A stretch of DNA of 64,000 nt. Source: Balanoglossus misakiensis. Its lineage: Eukaryota > Animalia > Hemichordata. Location of the stretch: NCBI GenBank assembly GCA_040954595.2, contig CM082578.2, positions 2,214,831 to 2,278,830 of the forward strand. The letters run 5' to 3'. Positions 26,364-38,640 of this stretch are shown one piece after another. The notes under the pieces were generated by a model. The model saw only the letters and a list, made by a program, of their open reading frames with translations, was not told where the DNA came from and made no database searches. The translations under genes were made by a program, and so were the position numbers. Numbering within the stretch: the first letter of the stretch is position 1; each line of letters begins with the position of its first letter.

Positions 26364-26650
26364 AAACACTGCTTGAATTTCTACAATTATTAAGCAAACA
26401 GAAGCTTCACTAACACATAGGCGTACACACAGAGCACGCGGCACGATAATTGTGTGCGTGGCCAGCTGATTGACCGACCCTATCTTATAATTTATATGGG
26501 AGAGAGCGGTTTTGTCTTGTTATATCCTACAAAAAGTGACCATATTAAAGTGGAGAAATAATGACCTGATAATTTGTGTGGCCGATCGACCGTCCCTATC
26601 TAAGGCCTATATTGGTATGTTATGCAAGACACACTATTCGAAATAACGCC

Positions 26651-26838
26651 TGTAATATCCAGACATATAACAAAATATACTTTCAGTATGGCCAGCTGCA
26701 TTCTGTACATGCCATGCGCGGTACGTTACCTGCCCATGCGCAGTAGTTGTGTTGTTGTTAATAAAGTTAACATGGCGAGATGTTAGAAGCCATACAACGG
26801 TGAATCAGTCTATTTGATTCATAGTCGGGGACATTACA
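26651..26838 (+). repeat. 5' LTR (188 bp)
   Basis: TGTAATATCC...GGACATTACA; identical by eye to 31726-31913; internal AATAAA. Confidence 0.95.
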
Positions 26839-26839
26839 A

Positions 26840-26852
26840 TGGCGACGAGGAT
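26840..26852 (+). other. Primer-binding site, probably tRNA-Ser(GCU)
   Basis: TGGCGACGAGGAT one base after the LTR, complementary to a tRNA 3' end ...ATCCTCGTCGCCA as in metazoan tRNA-Ser(GCU). Confidence 0.75.
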
Positions 26853-27029
26853 CAAACGATCCACAGAACGCAAAGCGGAACAACCATAAATGCATGGTGA
26901 GTGACTCAAACCATTTCCCAGCGAGAGCCGACCCAGAAATTACACATCCGTAACCGCCAGATCTGCCGAGCGTGAGTGTGACGTACATATAGTGTCGATC
27001 AGTGCTACGTGACTGATAGAACTGACAAA

Positions 27030-30000
27030 ATGGCGGCACCCCCAGCAGCAATAACCGTGGTTACAGACACGAGAAACCTCAAATGCCAACCTTTTGTGCA
27101 CACCGATGATCAGATCACAACAGGCAAAGCTTGGGAGGAATGGTTGGAGGGCATCGAACGAGAATTTCGATATTTCAGAATAACAGAACCCATCGATAAG
27201 AAAGACGCCATGATAATCTATGGAGGAAAAGAGATAGCGAGACTCGAGAAAAGTTTACCTGACCCCACAGAGGGAGAAAACGTCTATGAGAAGTTGAAAA
27301 CGAAACTAAATGAGTACTACACTCCAAAGAAGAATAAACACCACGCAAGGTATTTATTTCTCAAAATGACTCCGACAACAAATGAAAGCACTGTCGCATA
27401 CGCAGCCAGATTGAGAGAAAAAGCCAACGAGTGTGAATTCGGCACGAGTTGTGAAGAGAGAATTCTGGAACATATCATCCAGACAATTGACAATTGCACC
27501 CTGATACAGAAAGCAATAAACAAGAAATGGTCTCTTACTCAGTTACTGACTGAAGCAGCGCAAATGGAGGACACCTCACTACAAATGCGTGATATGAAAC
27601 AGTCAGGTGAGAGAAGTGTCGCAAAAGTGAGACAATACAGACAAACCAAGAAACACGGAAAACCCGAGAAAAGAAAACAGACACCTGCACATGATGGTAA
27701 ACAGTGTACATATTGTGGACTGACTGGAGTTCATAAAGAAGGACAGAACTGCCCTGCTTTTGGTAAACAATGCAGGAAATGCCAAAAGAGAAACCACTTC
27801 GCTTCTGTGTGTAGAGCAGATCCAGACAGAGGAAGTAAAGATACAGGGTATAGAAGCAGAAAGACACCTAGCAGTGCCCATGAGAAAAGTGACTATAGAA
27901 AACAGCAGAGAAGAATAAAGAAAACTTCAACAAAAGAGCAAGACAGCACTACAAGTTCAGATGACGACTATTTCGAGCATGCAATCAAACACGTCAAAGG
28001 TATCAAAAGAGCAAATGAAACTTACACAGGAAAAACTGTCACAGTCAGAATAAATGATGTTGATGCACAGATGGAACCTGACACCGGAGCTGAGGTAAAT
28101 GTCATGGATGAACATCAGTTCAAAGCATTACAACACAGATCCAGCGATGATATCAAACTACGGGACAGTCACACAAAGCTAAACACTTTGCAAGATCGAT
28201 TACCAGTGAAAGGCGAATTCTCTACCATAGTGAGAAACAGAACCTGTGGAGTGAAAGCCAAGTTCATCGTAGTCAGAGGTAGAATAAATTCACCACCACT
28301 GCTGAGCAGGAACACACTAACTGAATTGGGTATGATGCAAATAAAACCAGATGGATCGCTGACAGAGGTCAACAATCTACGAATAAAAGAAAATCAAGAC
28401 ATCAAAACAGTGAAGAGTGAAATACTGAACAAACAAGTGAAAGAGATAACAGAGAAATACGGAAATGTATTCCAAGGAATTGGAAGAATAAGAGATATGA
28501 AGAATGATAGAGAAATTTATGCCAAGTTCAGCATGAAGCAAGAAGCAGTACCAGTAGCCCAGAAACCCAGACCTGTGGCATACTACCTGCAGAAACCACT
28601 AAAGAAATGGCTGGAGCACTGTATACAAGAAGAAATCTTTGAAGAAGTTCCACAAGGAGAACCAGTGACATGGTGTTCACCCCTTGTAGTACAACCAAAA
28701 CCAAGATTCCATGAGACACCAAGGGAAAACCTAGAGCCACACATGATCAGAGCAAGTGTAGACTTGAGAGTACCAAACCAGTACATGGAGAGAAACAGAA
28801 TCACCCAGAGCCCAATAGTGGAAGATTTTGAGCACAAGTTCAACGACTGTGTGATATTCTCCAAGCTTGATATGAGGCAGGGATATCACCAACTCTTGCT
28901 AGATCCAGAATCTCGAGCAGTAGCAACTTTCAGCACACCATGGGGCAACATGAGGCCGAAACGACTGATCTTTGGAGCCAAGTCATCACAAGATCTGTTT
29001 GACGAGACAATATACAGAATATTTGGTGACATACCAAGATGTCTCAACCAACGCGATGACATCCTCTTGGGAGGCCGGTCAGCAGAAGAACACAACAAAA
29101 CACTAGAAACAGTCCTACAGAGAGCACAGGATTTCGGGATCACATTCAACCTTGACAAATGCAAATTTGGAGTTGAGGAGATTGAGTTCTACGGATACCG
29201 ATTCACGAAAGATGGACTCAAGCCAACACCAGAGAAAGTCCGAGCTGTGAAAGAATGCAAAGCACCAAAATCCAAGGAGGCAGTGAGAAGCTTCCTGGGG
29301 ATGATCGGATATCTCTCAAAGTTCATACCGCGGTACACATCACTGACAGCACCCCTGAGAGAGCTTACTCACAAAGATGTCCATTTCAGATGGGGACAGA
29401 AGGAAAACGCAGCTTTCCAGAACCTCAAAGACAGTATCACAAATGAAGATACTATGGCTTACTTCAACCCATCGAAACCCATCACAGTAAGAGTAGAAGC
29501 TAGTTACCATGAAGGACTGTCAGCAGGACTTTTCCAGCAGAGTGAGAAAGGCCTGAGACCAGTTCACTTCATCAGTCGCACTTTGACAAGCGCTGAGAAA
29601 AGATACAGCCAGACTGAGAAAGATGCTTTAGCAGTGAAATGGGCGAAGAACAGATTCCGCATATATCTGTTGGGAGCACCCAGATTCAGAATCATCACAG
29701 CACATAAACCGCTCATCCCAATGTTCAACAAAGCTACCATGAAACTACCACCCAGGATAGAGAAATGGGTAATGGAAATGCAAGATGTCGATTATGAGCT
29801 ACTCTATGAGCCAGGCAAAGATGCTGCTGACCCACTGGATTTCTTGTCCAGACACCCACTACCTGAAACAGGAAGAGATGGTACAGAGAAAACAATCAAG
29901 AAAGTGATAGAAACAGAATATGCTGTTGTGCTAGACCGTATCAAAGAAGAAACGAAGAAAGACAGTCAACTACAGAAACTGAGCAGAGTCATACGAAGAG

Positions 30001-31340
30001 GCAACTGGGAGAAGCACAAGAAAGACCCAGACATCAACCCGTTTTACACAGTAAGACAAGAGCTGAGCATGGTAGACGACCTGATACTCAGAATCAACCG
30101 CATCGTGATTCCACGCAGTCTGCAGAGAAAAGTCATCAAATCAGCACACAAGCTAGGTCATTTAGGCATGACGAAGACCAAGCAGATGTTGCGAGAGAAA
30201 TATTGGTTTCCGATGATGAACAGCTACGTCGAGCAGATGATAGGTCAATGCTTCGAATGTCAAGTAACGACGAAGCAACACAAACAAGAACCTGTCAAGA
30301 TGACACCAATACCAGAGAAACCATGGGAAGTAATATCAGTGGACTTTGGAGGACCATATCCTGATGGACACTACAACCTGGTAGCCATCGACAAGAGAAC
30401 AAGATACCCAGAAGTTGAAACTGTATATTCAACAGCAGCGAAACCCACAAAGAGAAAACTCAAGAAAATGTTCGCTACACATGGCACACCCAGACAGTTG
30501 GAGAGTGACAATGGCCCACCCTTTGATTCAGAAGAATTCACCAACTTCGCAAAGGAAGAGGGATTTCACCACCATACCGTAACACCAGAACATGCGAGAG
30601 CCAATGGAGAAGCTGAAAACTTCATGAAGATGCTGAATAAAACAGAGAGAATCGCACACTTGGAAGGCAAGGACAGAGAAATAGCCATTCAAGATATGCT
30701 GACAGGATACCGTTCATCACCACACCCAGCTACAAATACAGCACCGTACGAAGCCATGATGAATAGACAGGTCAGAACCAAACTAGACCACCACACAAGA
30801 GATGACCAGAAAACAATGAAAGATGATGCAATCAATGAGAGAGACAGAGAATACAAAGAGAAGATCAGACAAGCAACAGAAAAGAGAAATGTGAAGCCAC
30901 ACAATTTCATCGTGGGAGACTATGTTCTACTGAAACAACAGAAAAGAAACAAATGGTCAACCGCATATGAGCCAACATTCTACAGAGTATACAGAATTGA
31001 TGGTTCAAGCATTGCAGCGAGACGTATAACAGATGGAAGGGAAGTATATCGTGATGCGAGCAAGTTCAAACTTGTGAACGCAGTAGTACAAGATCTTGAG
31101 GAGGAAATGTTCATATATGATGCAACCGGAAAACGAAATGCGAGGGACTGGCGAGAAAATCTACTCCTTAATACCAACCATGATGAGGAAGATGTAAACC
31201 CACCTAACCAGCAACAGGGGATGGAAACAGTTTGTGATAGTCCACGAAAACCAAACCCAACACCAACAAAATCACCGGAAAGGAGACTCCGTCCGCAGAG
31301 AGAGAGACGCCGTCCGACTTACCTGGAAGACTATGAATAG
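27030..31340 (+). CDS. Gag-Pol polyprotein (Gag with Zn knuckles, aspartic protease, RT, RNase H-like, integrase), 1436 aa from first ATG
   Basis: CTYCG...H...C and CRKCQKRNHFASVC knuckles; DTGA protease; FSKLDMRQGYHQ and QRDD RT; HKLGH...CFEC and VDF/SDNG/GEAE integrase; uninterrupted ORF. Confidence 0.93.
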   Translation: MAAPPAAITVVTDTRNLKCQPFVHTDDQITTGKAWEEWLEGIEREFRYFRITEPIDKKDAMIIYGGKEIARLEKSLPDPTEGENVYEKLKTKLNEYYTPKKNKHHARYLFLKMTPTTNESTVAYAARLREKANECEFGTSCEERILEHIIQTIDNCTLIQKAINKKWSLTQLLTEAAQMEDTSLQMRDMKQSGERSVAKVRQYRQTKKHGKPEKRKQTPAHDGKQCTYCGLTGVHKEGQNCPAFGKQCRKCQKRNHFASVCRADPDRGSKDTGYRSRKTPSSAHEKSDYRKQQRRIKKTSTKEQDSTTSSDDDYFEHAIKHVKGIKRANETYTGKTVTVRINDVDAQMEPDTGAEVNVMDEHQFKALQHRSSDDIKLRDSHTKLNTLQDRLPVKGEFSTIVRNRTCGVKAKFIVVRGRINSPPLLSRNTLTELGMMQIKPDGSLTEVNNLRIKENQDIKTVKSEILNKQVKEITEKYGNVFQGIGRIRDMKNDREIYAKFSMKQEAVPVAQKPRPVAYYLQKPLKKWLEHCIQEEIFEEVPQGEPVTWCSPLVVQPKPRFHETPRENLEPHMIRASVDLRVPNQYMERNRITQSPIVEDFEHKFNDCVIFSKLDMRQGYHQLLLDPESRAVATFSTPWGNMRPKRLIFGAKSSQDLFDETIYRIFGDIPRCLNQRDDILLGGRSAEEHNKTLETVLQRAQDFGITFNLDKCKFGVEEIEFYGYRFTKDGLKPTPEKVRAVKECKAPKSKEAVRSFLGMIGYLSKFIPRYTSLTAPLRELTHKDVHFRWGQKENAAFQNLKDSITNEDTMAYFNPSKPITVRVEASYHEGLSAGLFQQSEKGLRPVHFISRTLTSAEKRYSQTEKDALAVKWAKNRFRIYLLGAPRFRIITAHKPLIPMFNKATMKLPPRIEKWVMEMQDVDYELLYEPGKDAADPLDFLSRHPLPETGRDGTEKTIKKVIETEYAVVLDRIKEETKKDSQLQKLSRVIRRGNWEKHKKDPDINPFYTVRQELSMVDDLILRINRIVIPRSLQRKVIKSAHKLGHLGMTKTKQMLREKYWFPMMNSYVEQMIGQCFECQVTTKQHKQEPVKMTPIPEKPWEVISVDFGGPYPDGHYNLVAIDKRTRYPEVETVYSTAAKPTKRKLKKMFATHGTPRQLESDNGPPFDSEEFTNFAKEEGFHHHTVTPEHARANGEAENFMKMLNKTERIAHLEGKDREIAIQDMLTGYRSSPHPATNTAPYEAMMNRQVRTKLDHHTRDDQKTMKDDAINERDREYKEKIRQATEKRNVKPHNFIVGDYVLLKQQKRNKWSTAYEPTFYRVYRIDGSSIAARRITDGREVYRDASKFKLVNAVVQDLEEEMFIYDATGKRNARDWRENLLLNTNHDEEDVNPPNQQQGMETVCDSPRKPNPTPTKSPERRLRPQRERRRPTYLEDYE

Positions 31341-31709
31341 CAGGCGATAGCTAGGCTATGGAAAACTGACAATGACAAAAACAATGTTCGAGTTTATTGT
31401 TCCATATTTTATTCTATTTCGAATTCGTATTGAAAGTGAAAATTCCATGAAAAAAAAGACAGGAACATTTATACCGATGGACATACCTTTATTCAATTTG
31501 ATATTTTGAAATTGAAATTAATGTTATTTGTTGAGCAGCTATCAAGGCCAATTTATATTTAGAAATTTGGAAACACAAGGATTGTTGAAAACATACATTA
31601 TATTCATGATCAAACCGCAAACAGGAACACTGACCGTGAACCACGAGAAAAATGAGACTCAGTACGAAATGACAATCTTCAAGAGAAATTGAAGCAACTC
31701 TGCTATCTC

Positions 31710-31725
31710 AAAAGAAAAGGAGAAA
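31710..31725 (+). other. Polypurine tract
   Basis: AAAAGAAAAGGAGAAA directly abutting the 3' LTR. Confidence 0.85.
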
Positions 31726-31913
31726 TGTAATATCCAGACATATAACAAAATATACTTTCAGTATGGCCAGCTGCATTCTGTACATGCCATGCGCGGTACG
31801 TTACCTGCCCATGCGCAGTAGTTGTGTTGTTGTTAATAAAGTTAACATGGCGAGATGTTAGAAGCCATACAACGGTGAATCAGTCTATTTGATTCATAGT
31901 CGGGGACATTACA
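31726..31913 (+). repeat. 3' LTR (188 bp)
   Basis: Identical by eye to 26651-26838. Confidence 0.95.
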
Positions 31914-32576
31914 ACGCCTGTCCGACAGTCCGAGACTGGTTGTTTTTCCATCAGACTGATAGTAAAAAAGTTACCAGTCCGGCGGACAGGTTGAATTTAG
32001 CGTGGAGTTGACTTGTTTGCGGTATCATAGACGTACGTGACCCCATCGTGACCCTGGCTGTCCGGGATAGCACCACCAACGATATCTTTTAGACCATCCT
32101 CTGTTTATTAGGCCCCTATTGCAATTAATTACCGTCCCTATCTTATATTGGAGGGAACGGGTTTGTCTTGGCATGTTATGCAAAACACTTGAAAGATGAA
32201 TTTTTTTTTTTAAATGACGTTTATGACATACAGATGTAACCGACCCCATAAGGTCCCAATGGTATATATTTACATCATACACCAAATTGGACTTAAAAAC
32301 CAAAAATTGAAAGCCGCTGGAGTTTCTGCGACTATGAACTCAACGTAAGCTGGACACTACTCACTCCGAGCCCGACCTGGTAATTTGTATGTTGTCCATC
32401 GAGCGCCTATAGCTTAGACCTATACAGGAGAGAACGGTTTATGAAGTTATGTTCAACAAAAATATATGATCATGGAATTAAAGAATTTGGAGAAAAAAAA
32501 TATAATTAAAAATGGACGTTTACGACGACAAAAAGGAAGACTGTTTAATGCAAAAGTTAAGAAAAAGGAAAAATTC

Positions 32577-32696
32577 AAGCCTACGGCACGTGGTATTCCC
32601 AGGCGGTCACCCATCCAAGTACTAACCACGCCCAACGCAGCTTAACTACGGTGATCGGACGAGAACCGGTGTATTCGACGTGGTATGGCCGTAGGC
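32577..32696 (-). rRNA. 5S rRNA: 5S rRNA (copy 22, A49U variant)
   Basis: As copy 1, substitution at 32648. Confidence 0.96.
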
Positions 32697-33642
32697 AAAC
32701 ACTGCTTGAATTTCTACAATTATTAAGCAAACGGAAGCTTCACTAACACATAGGCGTACACACAGAGCACGCGGCACGATAATTGTGTGCGTGGCCAGCT
32801 GATTGACCGACCCTATCTTATAATTTATATGGGAGAGAGCGGTTTTGTCTTGTTATATCCTACAAAAAGTGACCATATTAAAGTGGAGAAATAATGACCT
32901 GATAATTTGTGTGGCCGATCGACCGTCCCTATCTAAGGCCTATATTGGTATGTTATGCAAGACACACTATTCGAAATAACGCCTGTCCGACAGTCCGAGA
33001 CTGGTTGTTTCTCCATCAGACTGATAGTAAAAGAAGTTACCAGTCCGGCGGACAGGTTGAATTTAGCGTGGAGTTGACTTGTTTGCGGTATCATAGACGT
33101 ACGTGACCCCATCGTGACCCTGGCTGTCCGGGATAGCACCACCAACGATATCTTTTAGACCATCCTCTGTTTATTAGGCCCCTATTGCAATTAATTACCG
33201 TCCCTATCTTATATTGGAGGGAACGGGTTTGTCTTGGCATGTTATGCAAAACACTTGAAAGATGAATTTTTTTTTTTAAATGACGTTTATGACATACAGA
33301 TGTAACCGACCCCATAAGGTCCCAATGGTATATATTTACATCATACACCAAATTGGACTTAAAAACCAAAAATTGAAAGCCGCTGGAGTTTCTGCGACTA
33401 TGAACTCAACGTAAGCTGGACACTACTCACTCCGAGCCCGACCTGGTAATTTGTATGTTGTCCATCGAGCGCCTATAGCTTAGACCTATACAGGAGAGAA
33501 CGGTTTATGAAGTTATGTTCAACAAAAATATATGATCATGGAATTAAAGAATTTGGAGAAAAAAAATATAATTAAAAATGGACGTTTACGACGACAAAAA
33601 GGAAGACTGTTTAATGCAAAAGTTAAGAAAAAGGAAAAATTC

Positions 33643-33762
33643 AAGCCTACGGCACGTGGTATTCCCAGGCGGTCACCCATCCAAGTACTAACCACGCCCA
33701 ACGCAGCTTAACTTCGGTGATCGGACGAGAACCGGTGTATTCGACGTGGTATGGCCGTAGGC
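33643..33762 (-). rRNA. 5S rRNA: 5S rRNA (copy 23)
   Basis: Same 120-nt sequence as copy 1. Confidence 0.96.
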
Positions 33763-34261
33763 AAACACTGATTGAATTTCTACAATTATTAAGCAAACGG
33801 AAGCTTCACTAACACATAGGCGTACACACAGAGCACGCGGCACGATAATTGTGTGCGTGGCCAGCTGATTGACCGACCCTATCTTATAATTTATATGGGA
33901 GAGAGCGGTTTTGTCTTGTTATATCCTACAAAAAGTGACCATATTAAAGTGGAGAAATAATGACCTGATAATTTGTGTGGCCGATCGACCGTCCCTATCT
34001 TAGGCCTATATTAGTATGTTATGCAAGACACACTATTCGAAATAACGCCTGTCCGACAGTCCGAGACTGGTTGTTTTTCCATCAGACTGATAGTAAAAAA
34101 GTTACCAGTCCGGCGGACAGGTTGAATTTAGCGTGGAGTTGACTTGTTTGCGGTATCATAGACGTACGTGACCCCATCGTGACCCTGGCTGTCCGGGATA
34201 GCACCACCAACGATATCTTTTAGACCATCCTCTGTTTATTAGGCCCCTATTGCAATTAATT

Positions 34262-36288
34262 GGCAGAAAAAATGTGGAGAAAATCTAGGTTGGAAGTACA
34301 TCGCCAGATTTACAGGGCCTGTCGGACCGACGTCGTTCGCCTTGTGGATGCTGCTAAAAAGAACCATTATGTCGGCCTTGTTGACGAGTGCTCAGGTAAC
34401 CAAAAACAATTATTCAAGGTCGTAAAGGGACTGCTTGGTCACAATAACACATCCACTGTACTACCAAAACATGATGATTCTCTGGAATTAGCAAATCGTT
34501 TTGCAAAATTCTTCATTAATCGCGTAAAATCACTAACTATAAATATGGGCAATTCCATTCGACATCATTCACAACCACAAACTGAATTGAAATCCGATTG
34601 TCGCCTTAATGCCTTTGAGCCTACAACTGCTGATGAAATTGACAAGGTTATTCGTGCATCGCCTTCATCTACTTGTCGCCTTGATCCGATTCCTACCAAG
34701 ATCTTCACACATTCTGACATTTTACAAGTTGTGTTACCACATATCACAGAAATCTTCAATAACTCTCTGCAGTATGGTGTTGTACCTCCTCATTTCAAGG
34801 AAGGCGTCGTTAAACCTCTACTTAAAAAGCCATCTCTTGATCATGAAGTTCTCAAAAATTTCCGTCCTGTATCCAACCTGCCGTTTTTGTCGAAGATCCT
34901 GGAACGTATTGTTGCCAAGAGACTGACTTCTCACATTGTCAACCATTCATTGGACGAGCCTTTGCAATCTGCTTACAAGCCAGGACACAGTACTGAGACT
35001 GCTCTCCTCAAAGTAACAAATGACATTTTGCTTGCTCTTGATGAAAAAAGAGATGTTTTCTTGGTATTACTCGATCTTTCCGCAGCATTTGACACTGTGA
35101 ACCATACCATTTTACTCAATCGCTTAAGAGACCGCTTTGGTCTCTCTGATACTGTTCTCATGTGGTTTAAGTCATACCTTCCAATCGTAGTCAGTGTGTA
35201 CTTGTAAATTCCACCCAATCACCTTTTTATCCGCTCGACACTGGGGTACCACAGGGGTCAGTTCTTGGTCCCATACTTTTCAATATGTACACGTCTCCAT
35301 TAGGTGAATTAGTTCAAAGTCATGGTTGTCTTTATAGTTTTTATGCAGATGACTCTTCACTTTATTTGTCTTTTAGTAAAGACAACGCAGCAAAAACTGT
35401 TTCAAATCTTGAACTTTGTATATCTGATGTTAGGTTTTGGATGTCTGAAAACTTCTTGTGCTTAAACGATGATAAGACTGAATTTGTTATTTTCTCTGGT
35501 ATTTTGGGTGATCTGTCTGCTAGAGGGATTTCAGAAATTCGTGTTGGCGATTCTCTGATTCCCGTCCACTGTCAGGCTAAGAGCCTTGGAGTGATCCTTG
35601 ACTCTTGTCTGACAATGAAGCCACATATTGGACAGATCTGCTGCTCTGCCACTTTTCATTTACGTCGCATTGCGCTTATCCGCAAATATTTATCTCATTC
35701 TGCTACAGAGCAATTAGTTCATGCATTCATTACGTCTCGAATTGATTCATGTAATTCACTTTTATTTGGGCTCCCGAAGTATTCAATCAACCGTATCCAA
35801 CGCGTTCAGAATATTGCTGCTAGAATTGTAACTCGTTCAAAAATCACCTGTCACATCACTCCAATTTTGTATCAGTTGCACTGGCTACCTGTTACAGAGC
35901 GTATTGTTTTTAAGATGTTAGTTCTCATTTTTGAATCCATTCATAAACTTGGTCCAATCTATCTTTCAAGCATGACTAATCTATATGTTCCGTGTCGCAA
36001 TTTAAGGTCAGCGGATCAGTTCAAACTCTGCCCTGTTCGATCACGCACCAAGAGTTATGGTGATCGTGCTTTTACTGTTGCTGCTCCAATTCTTTGGAAT
36101 AATCTTCCACTCACCATTCGCCAGGCACCAGACTTATCTGTTTTTAAATCAAATGTTAAAACTTTACTTTTTAAATCTGTTTTTTAGCCATTTGTTGTAT
36201 TGTACTTTTGCTTTAAGCGTCATTGATCACATTTTTTGTGGATACTGACGCTATACAAATAAATTATTATTATTATTATTATTATTAT
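34262..36288 (+). mobile_element. LINE family B, copy B3
   Basis: Same 5' and 3' junctions and same frameshift as B1; pure (ATT)n tail; a few SNPs versus B1. Confidence 0.9.
34263..36187 (+). pseudogene. Truncated, frameshifted LINE RT
   Basis: ORFs 34260-35207 and 35285-36187, near-identical to B1. Confidence 0.88.
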
Positions 36289-36507
36289 TACTCACTCCGA
36301 GCCCGACCTGGTAATTTGTATGTTGTCCATCGAGCGCCTATAGCTTAGACCTATACAGGAGAGAACGGTTTATGAAGTTATGTTCAACAAAAATATATGA
36401 TCATGGAATTAAAGAATTTGGAGAAAAAAAATATAATTAAAAATGGACGTTTACGACGACAAAAAGGAAGACTGTTTAATGCAAAAGTTAAGAAAAAGGA
36501 AAAATTC

Positions 36508-36627
36508 AAGCCTACGGCACGTGGTATTCCCAGGCGGTCACCCATCCAAGTACTAACCACGCCCAACGCAGCTTAACTTCGGTGATCGGACGAGAACCGC
36601 TGTATTCGACGTGGTATGGCCGTAGGC
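36508..36627 (-). rRNA. 5S rRNA: 5S rRNA (copy 24, C28G variant)
   Basis: Same variant as copy 7 (36600). Confidence 0.96.
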
Positions 36628-37570
36628 AAACACTGCTTGAATTTCTACAATTATTAAGCAAACGGAAGCTTCACTAACACATAGGCGTACACACAGAGCA
36701 CGCGGCACGATAATTGTGTGCGTGGCCAGCTGATTGACCGACCCTATCTTATAATTTATATGGGAGAGAGCGGTTTTGTCTTGTTATATCCTACAAAAAG
36801 TGACCATATTAAAGTGGAGAAATAATGACCTGATAATTTGTGTGGCCGATCTACCGTCCCTATCTAAGGCCTATATTGGTATGTTATGCAAGACACACTA
36901 TTCGAAATAACGCCTGTCCGACAGTCCGAGACTGGTTGTTTTTCCATCAGACTGATAGTAAAAAAGTTACCAGTCCGGCGGACAGGTTGAATTTAGCGTG
37001 GAGTTGACTTGTTTGCGGTATCATAGACGTACGTGACCCCATCGTGACCCTGGCTGTCCGGGATAGCACCACCAACGATATCTTTTAGACCATCCTCTGT
37101 TTATTAGGCCCCTATTGCAATTAATTACCGTCCCTATCTTATATTGGAGGGCACGGGTTTGTCTTGGCATGTTATGCAAAACACTTGAAAGATGAATTTT
37201 TTTTTAAATGACGTTTATGACATACAGATGTAACCGACCCCATAAGGTCCCAATGGTATATATTTACATCATACACCAAATTGGACTTAAAAACCAAAAA
37301 TTGAAAGCCGCTGGAGTTTCTGCGACTATGAACTCAACGTAAGCTGGACACTACTCACTCCGAGCCCGACCTGGTAATTTGTATGTTGTCCATCGAGCGC
37401 CTATAGCTTAGACCTATACAGGAGAGAACGGTTTATGAAGTTATGTTCAACAAAAATATATGATCATGGAATTAAAGAATTTGGAGAAAAAAAATATAAT
37501 TAAAAATGGACGTTTACGACGACAAAAAGGAAGACTGTTTAATGCAAAAGTTAAGAAAAATGAAAAATTC

Positions 37571-37690
37571 AAGCCTACGGCACGTGGTATTCCCAGGCGG
37601 TCACCCATCCAAGTACTAACCACGCCCAACGCAGCTTAACTTCGGTGATCGGACGAGAACCGGTGTATTCGACGTGGTATGGCCGTAGGC
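37571..37690 (-). rRNA. 5S rRNA: 5S rRNA (copy 25)
   Basis: Same 120-nt sequence as copy 1. Confidence 0.96.
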
Positions 37691-38640
37691 AAACACTGCT
37701 TGAATTTCTACAATTATTAAGCAAACGGAAGCTTCACTAACACATAGGCGTACACACAGAGCACGCGGCACGATAATTGTGTGCGTGGCCAGCTGATTGA
37801 CCGACCCTATCTTATAATTTATATGGGAGAGAGCGGTTTTGTCTTGTTATATCCTACAAAAAGTGACCATATTAAAGTGGAGAAATAATGACCTGATAAT
37901 TTGTGTGGCCGATCGACCGTCCCTATCTAAGGCCTATATTGGTATGTTATGCAAGACACACTATTCGAAATAACGCCTGTCCGACAGTCCGAGACTGGTT
38001 GTTTCTCCATCAGACTGATAGTAAAAAAGTTACCAGTCCGGCGGACAGGTTGAATTTAGCGTGGAGTTGACTTGTTTGCGGTATCATAGACGTACGTGAC
38101 CCCATCGTGACCCTGGCTGTCCGGGATAGCACCACCAACGATATCTTTTAGACCATCCTCTGTTTATTAGGCCCCTATTGCAATTAATTACCGTCCCTAT
38201 CTTATATTGGAGGGCACGGGTTTGTCTTGGCATGTTATGCAAAACACTTGAAAGATGATTTTTTTTTTTTAAATGACGTTTATGACATACAGATGTAACC
38301 GACCCCATAAGGTCCCAATGGTATATATTTACATCATACACCAAATTGGACTTAAAAACCAAAAATTGAAAGCCGCTGGAGTTTCTGCGACTATGAACTC
38401 AACGTAAGCTGGACACTACTCACTCCGAGCCCGACCTGGTAATTTGTATGTTGTCCATCGAGCGCCTATAGCTTAGACCTATACAGGAGAGAACGGTTTA
38501 TGAAGTTATGTTCAACAAAAATATATGATCATGGAATTAAAGAATTTGGAGAAAAAAAATATAATTAAAAATGGACGTTTACGACGACAAAAAGGAAGAC
38601 TGTTTAATGCAAAAGTTAAGAAAAATGAAAAGAAAAATTC

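Larger units (their letters stand above)
26651..31913 (+). mobile_element. Full-length Ty3/Gypsy LTR retrotransposon
   Basis: TG...CA LTRs of 188 bp, TSD ACGCC (26646-26650, 31914-31918), PBS, PPT, domain order PR-RT-RH-IN. Confidence 0.96.
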
